From contig NC_091478.1 in NCBI RefSeq assembly GCF_036971445.1, positions 11,222,001 to 11,286,000 of the forward strand: 64,000 bases of DNA. Direction: 5' to 3'. The position numbers and the translations under genes were made by a program. The notes beneath the pieces are model-generated. The model was not told the DNA's origin. It made no database searches and saw only the letters and a program-made list of their open reading frames with translations. This document shows, piece after piece, positions 62,508 through 64,000 of this stretch. The number at the start of each line of letters is the position of its first letter. Position 1 is the first letter of the stretch. Source of the DNA: Narcine bancroftii (taxonomy: Eukaryota).

Positions 62508-64000
62508 TTGCTTCATGTACATAATTGTTTAATCAGGAGAGATTCTGCACTGATTCATTTTTTGGGGATTTGTGTTCAATTTAGCAAAAGCCTTTCTTTC
62601 ATTTTCAACTTTTCATCTAATTTCCACTACTCCTATCAAACAAAATTGGATTAATTAGGGTTAGCGCTAAGTGTTTTCTCATTCAAGGTTAGTGTTGAAG
62701 GTCACTTCTGCAAGTACTGGTGAATCAAACATTGACCATTTCTCCAGGATATGTCATGAAGTGATTTATAAAGAGAGGAAAATATTTCTATGTACGAGTT
62801 GTATGGGGGCATGTTTTCAGTGTGGCCGATTCTCCTTCGTTTTGTATTGGTGTTTACTTTGGAACCTGAGCATTTCAAAGCCCAATTACCCTGTACTTGT
62901 CTCAAACCAGAGAGCAGACCAAGATTGGGAACCATTTCTTATTGTTCAGATTAAGTCGTATGTACTTAAATTGTAAACAACATCTTTTTCAAAGCTGCCT
63001 TATCAAAATATAAATTAATACTTTGAATTACAAATGTTTCACGAGCTGCCCCATAACTTTAAAGGGTTAATCATTTGTTGTATGAAGGAATTAGATGTTA
63101 ATATGGATATCCTGGTTTCCAAAATTCTGTCCGGGAATAGTTGTGCACAGGAAAATATCCATTGAGATATTGGCAAACTAAGTGTAGCTAAAAGAAGGTA
63201 ATGACATTTACTCTCGTGTAAATGAATATCGGTCTTCAACCTTGCAATAAAGAGTTAAAATTGGTCTGGAAGGTTAGATTTGTTTTGTGAAAGGTTGGGT
63301 TTAATATATTTGGTTTTCATCAGTATTTGATGAGGTGTAACACTGAAGATTATTGTGGAAGGTTTGCCCTTTTGGAATTGAGGGTTATTAATGAGAATTA
63401 ATGATGAGATAACAGGTTGGAATAAAGTTTTGAATGACAGTTTATAATTAGTGAATCGTTTAAACGATTCGTGCTGGGATCTTCAGTTCATAAGCAATGG
63501 CTTGGGTTATATACCAAATAAAATGTATCCAAGTTTACCAATGTGGCACTAATGTGAGCATGAAAAGATAGCAGAGGGATTTAAAACTTGGAAAATAGAA
63601 TGAAAAGGTAGATTTTCATGTTTTTTTTCAGAGACAAGTCAATCTTTGGCATTAAATTTGTGTCTATCAAATTACTCCAAAAGAAAAATTAAAATGCAGG
63701 ATCTGGAAAGTGGTTTGCAAGATTTTTATCTCATGGACAAAGGAGGACGTACTTGGAGAGATGTGGTGAAGGCTTATCAACAGCAATATTTCTGTAAATC
63801 CTTCCATGTTTTTTAATTTTTGCTTTGGAGATACAGCACTGTTATAGGGCCTTCCTTGTACACGAATATGTACTGCCCAAATACACCCATGGGACCAATT
63901 AATCTTACTAATCATGTGGGAGGAAACCCATGCAGACACAGGGAGAATGTACAAACTCCTTTCAGTGTCACTGGCGCTGATAGACTGTTGTGGTCACCCT

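Noticed and set aside
63453-63470. 18-bp perfect palindrome GAATCGTTTAAACGATTC
   Set aside because: Isolated, in decayed LINE-like sequence, with no supporting context.

Overview
Eukaryotic (vertebrate) genomic DNA, not prokaryotic. The repeat landscape (CR1, Rex1/Babar, Penelope-like, L1, Tc1 and hAT MITEs) suggests a cartilaginous fish such as a shark or ray; this is inference. The + strand carries the complete NSMCE4A gene (Smc5/6 kleisin Nse4; 10 coding exons, 10921-25309, about 360 aa, plus a probable non-coding last exon). It is followed by the 5' part of ATE1 (arginyl-tRNA-protein transferase): alternative first exons 1A and 1B, exons 2-6, and the duplicated mutually exclusive 129-nt exons 7A and 7B. 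Exon 8 onward lies beyond the window. The long ORFs in the supplied track are repeat or gap artefacts. Most notable observations: (1) a 25-nt intronic element that can base-pair over 20-22 bp with either the 7A or the 7B acceptor, i.e. a competing RNA-structure splicing switch; (2) a ~38-copy 27-bp minisatellite between ATE1 exons 1A and 1B whose units carry CCAAT and GC boxes; (3) an 18S rRNA fragment nested in a 5'-inverted L1; (4) two GC-AG introns and other atypical splice sites; (5) long inverted repeats in the ATE1 pre-mRNA. Exon coordinates were read by hand; repeat boundaries are approximate unless TSDs or TIRs are given.
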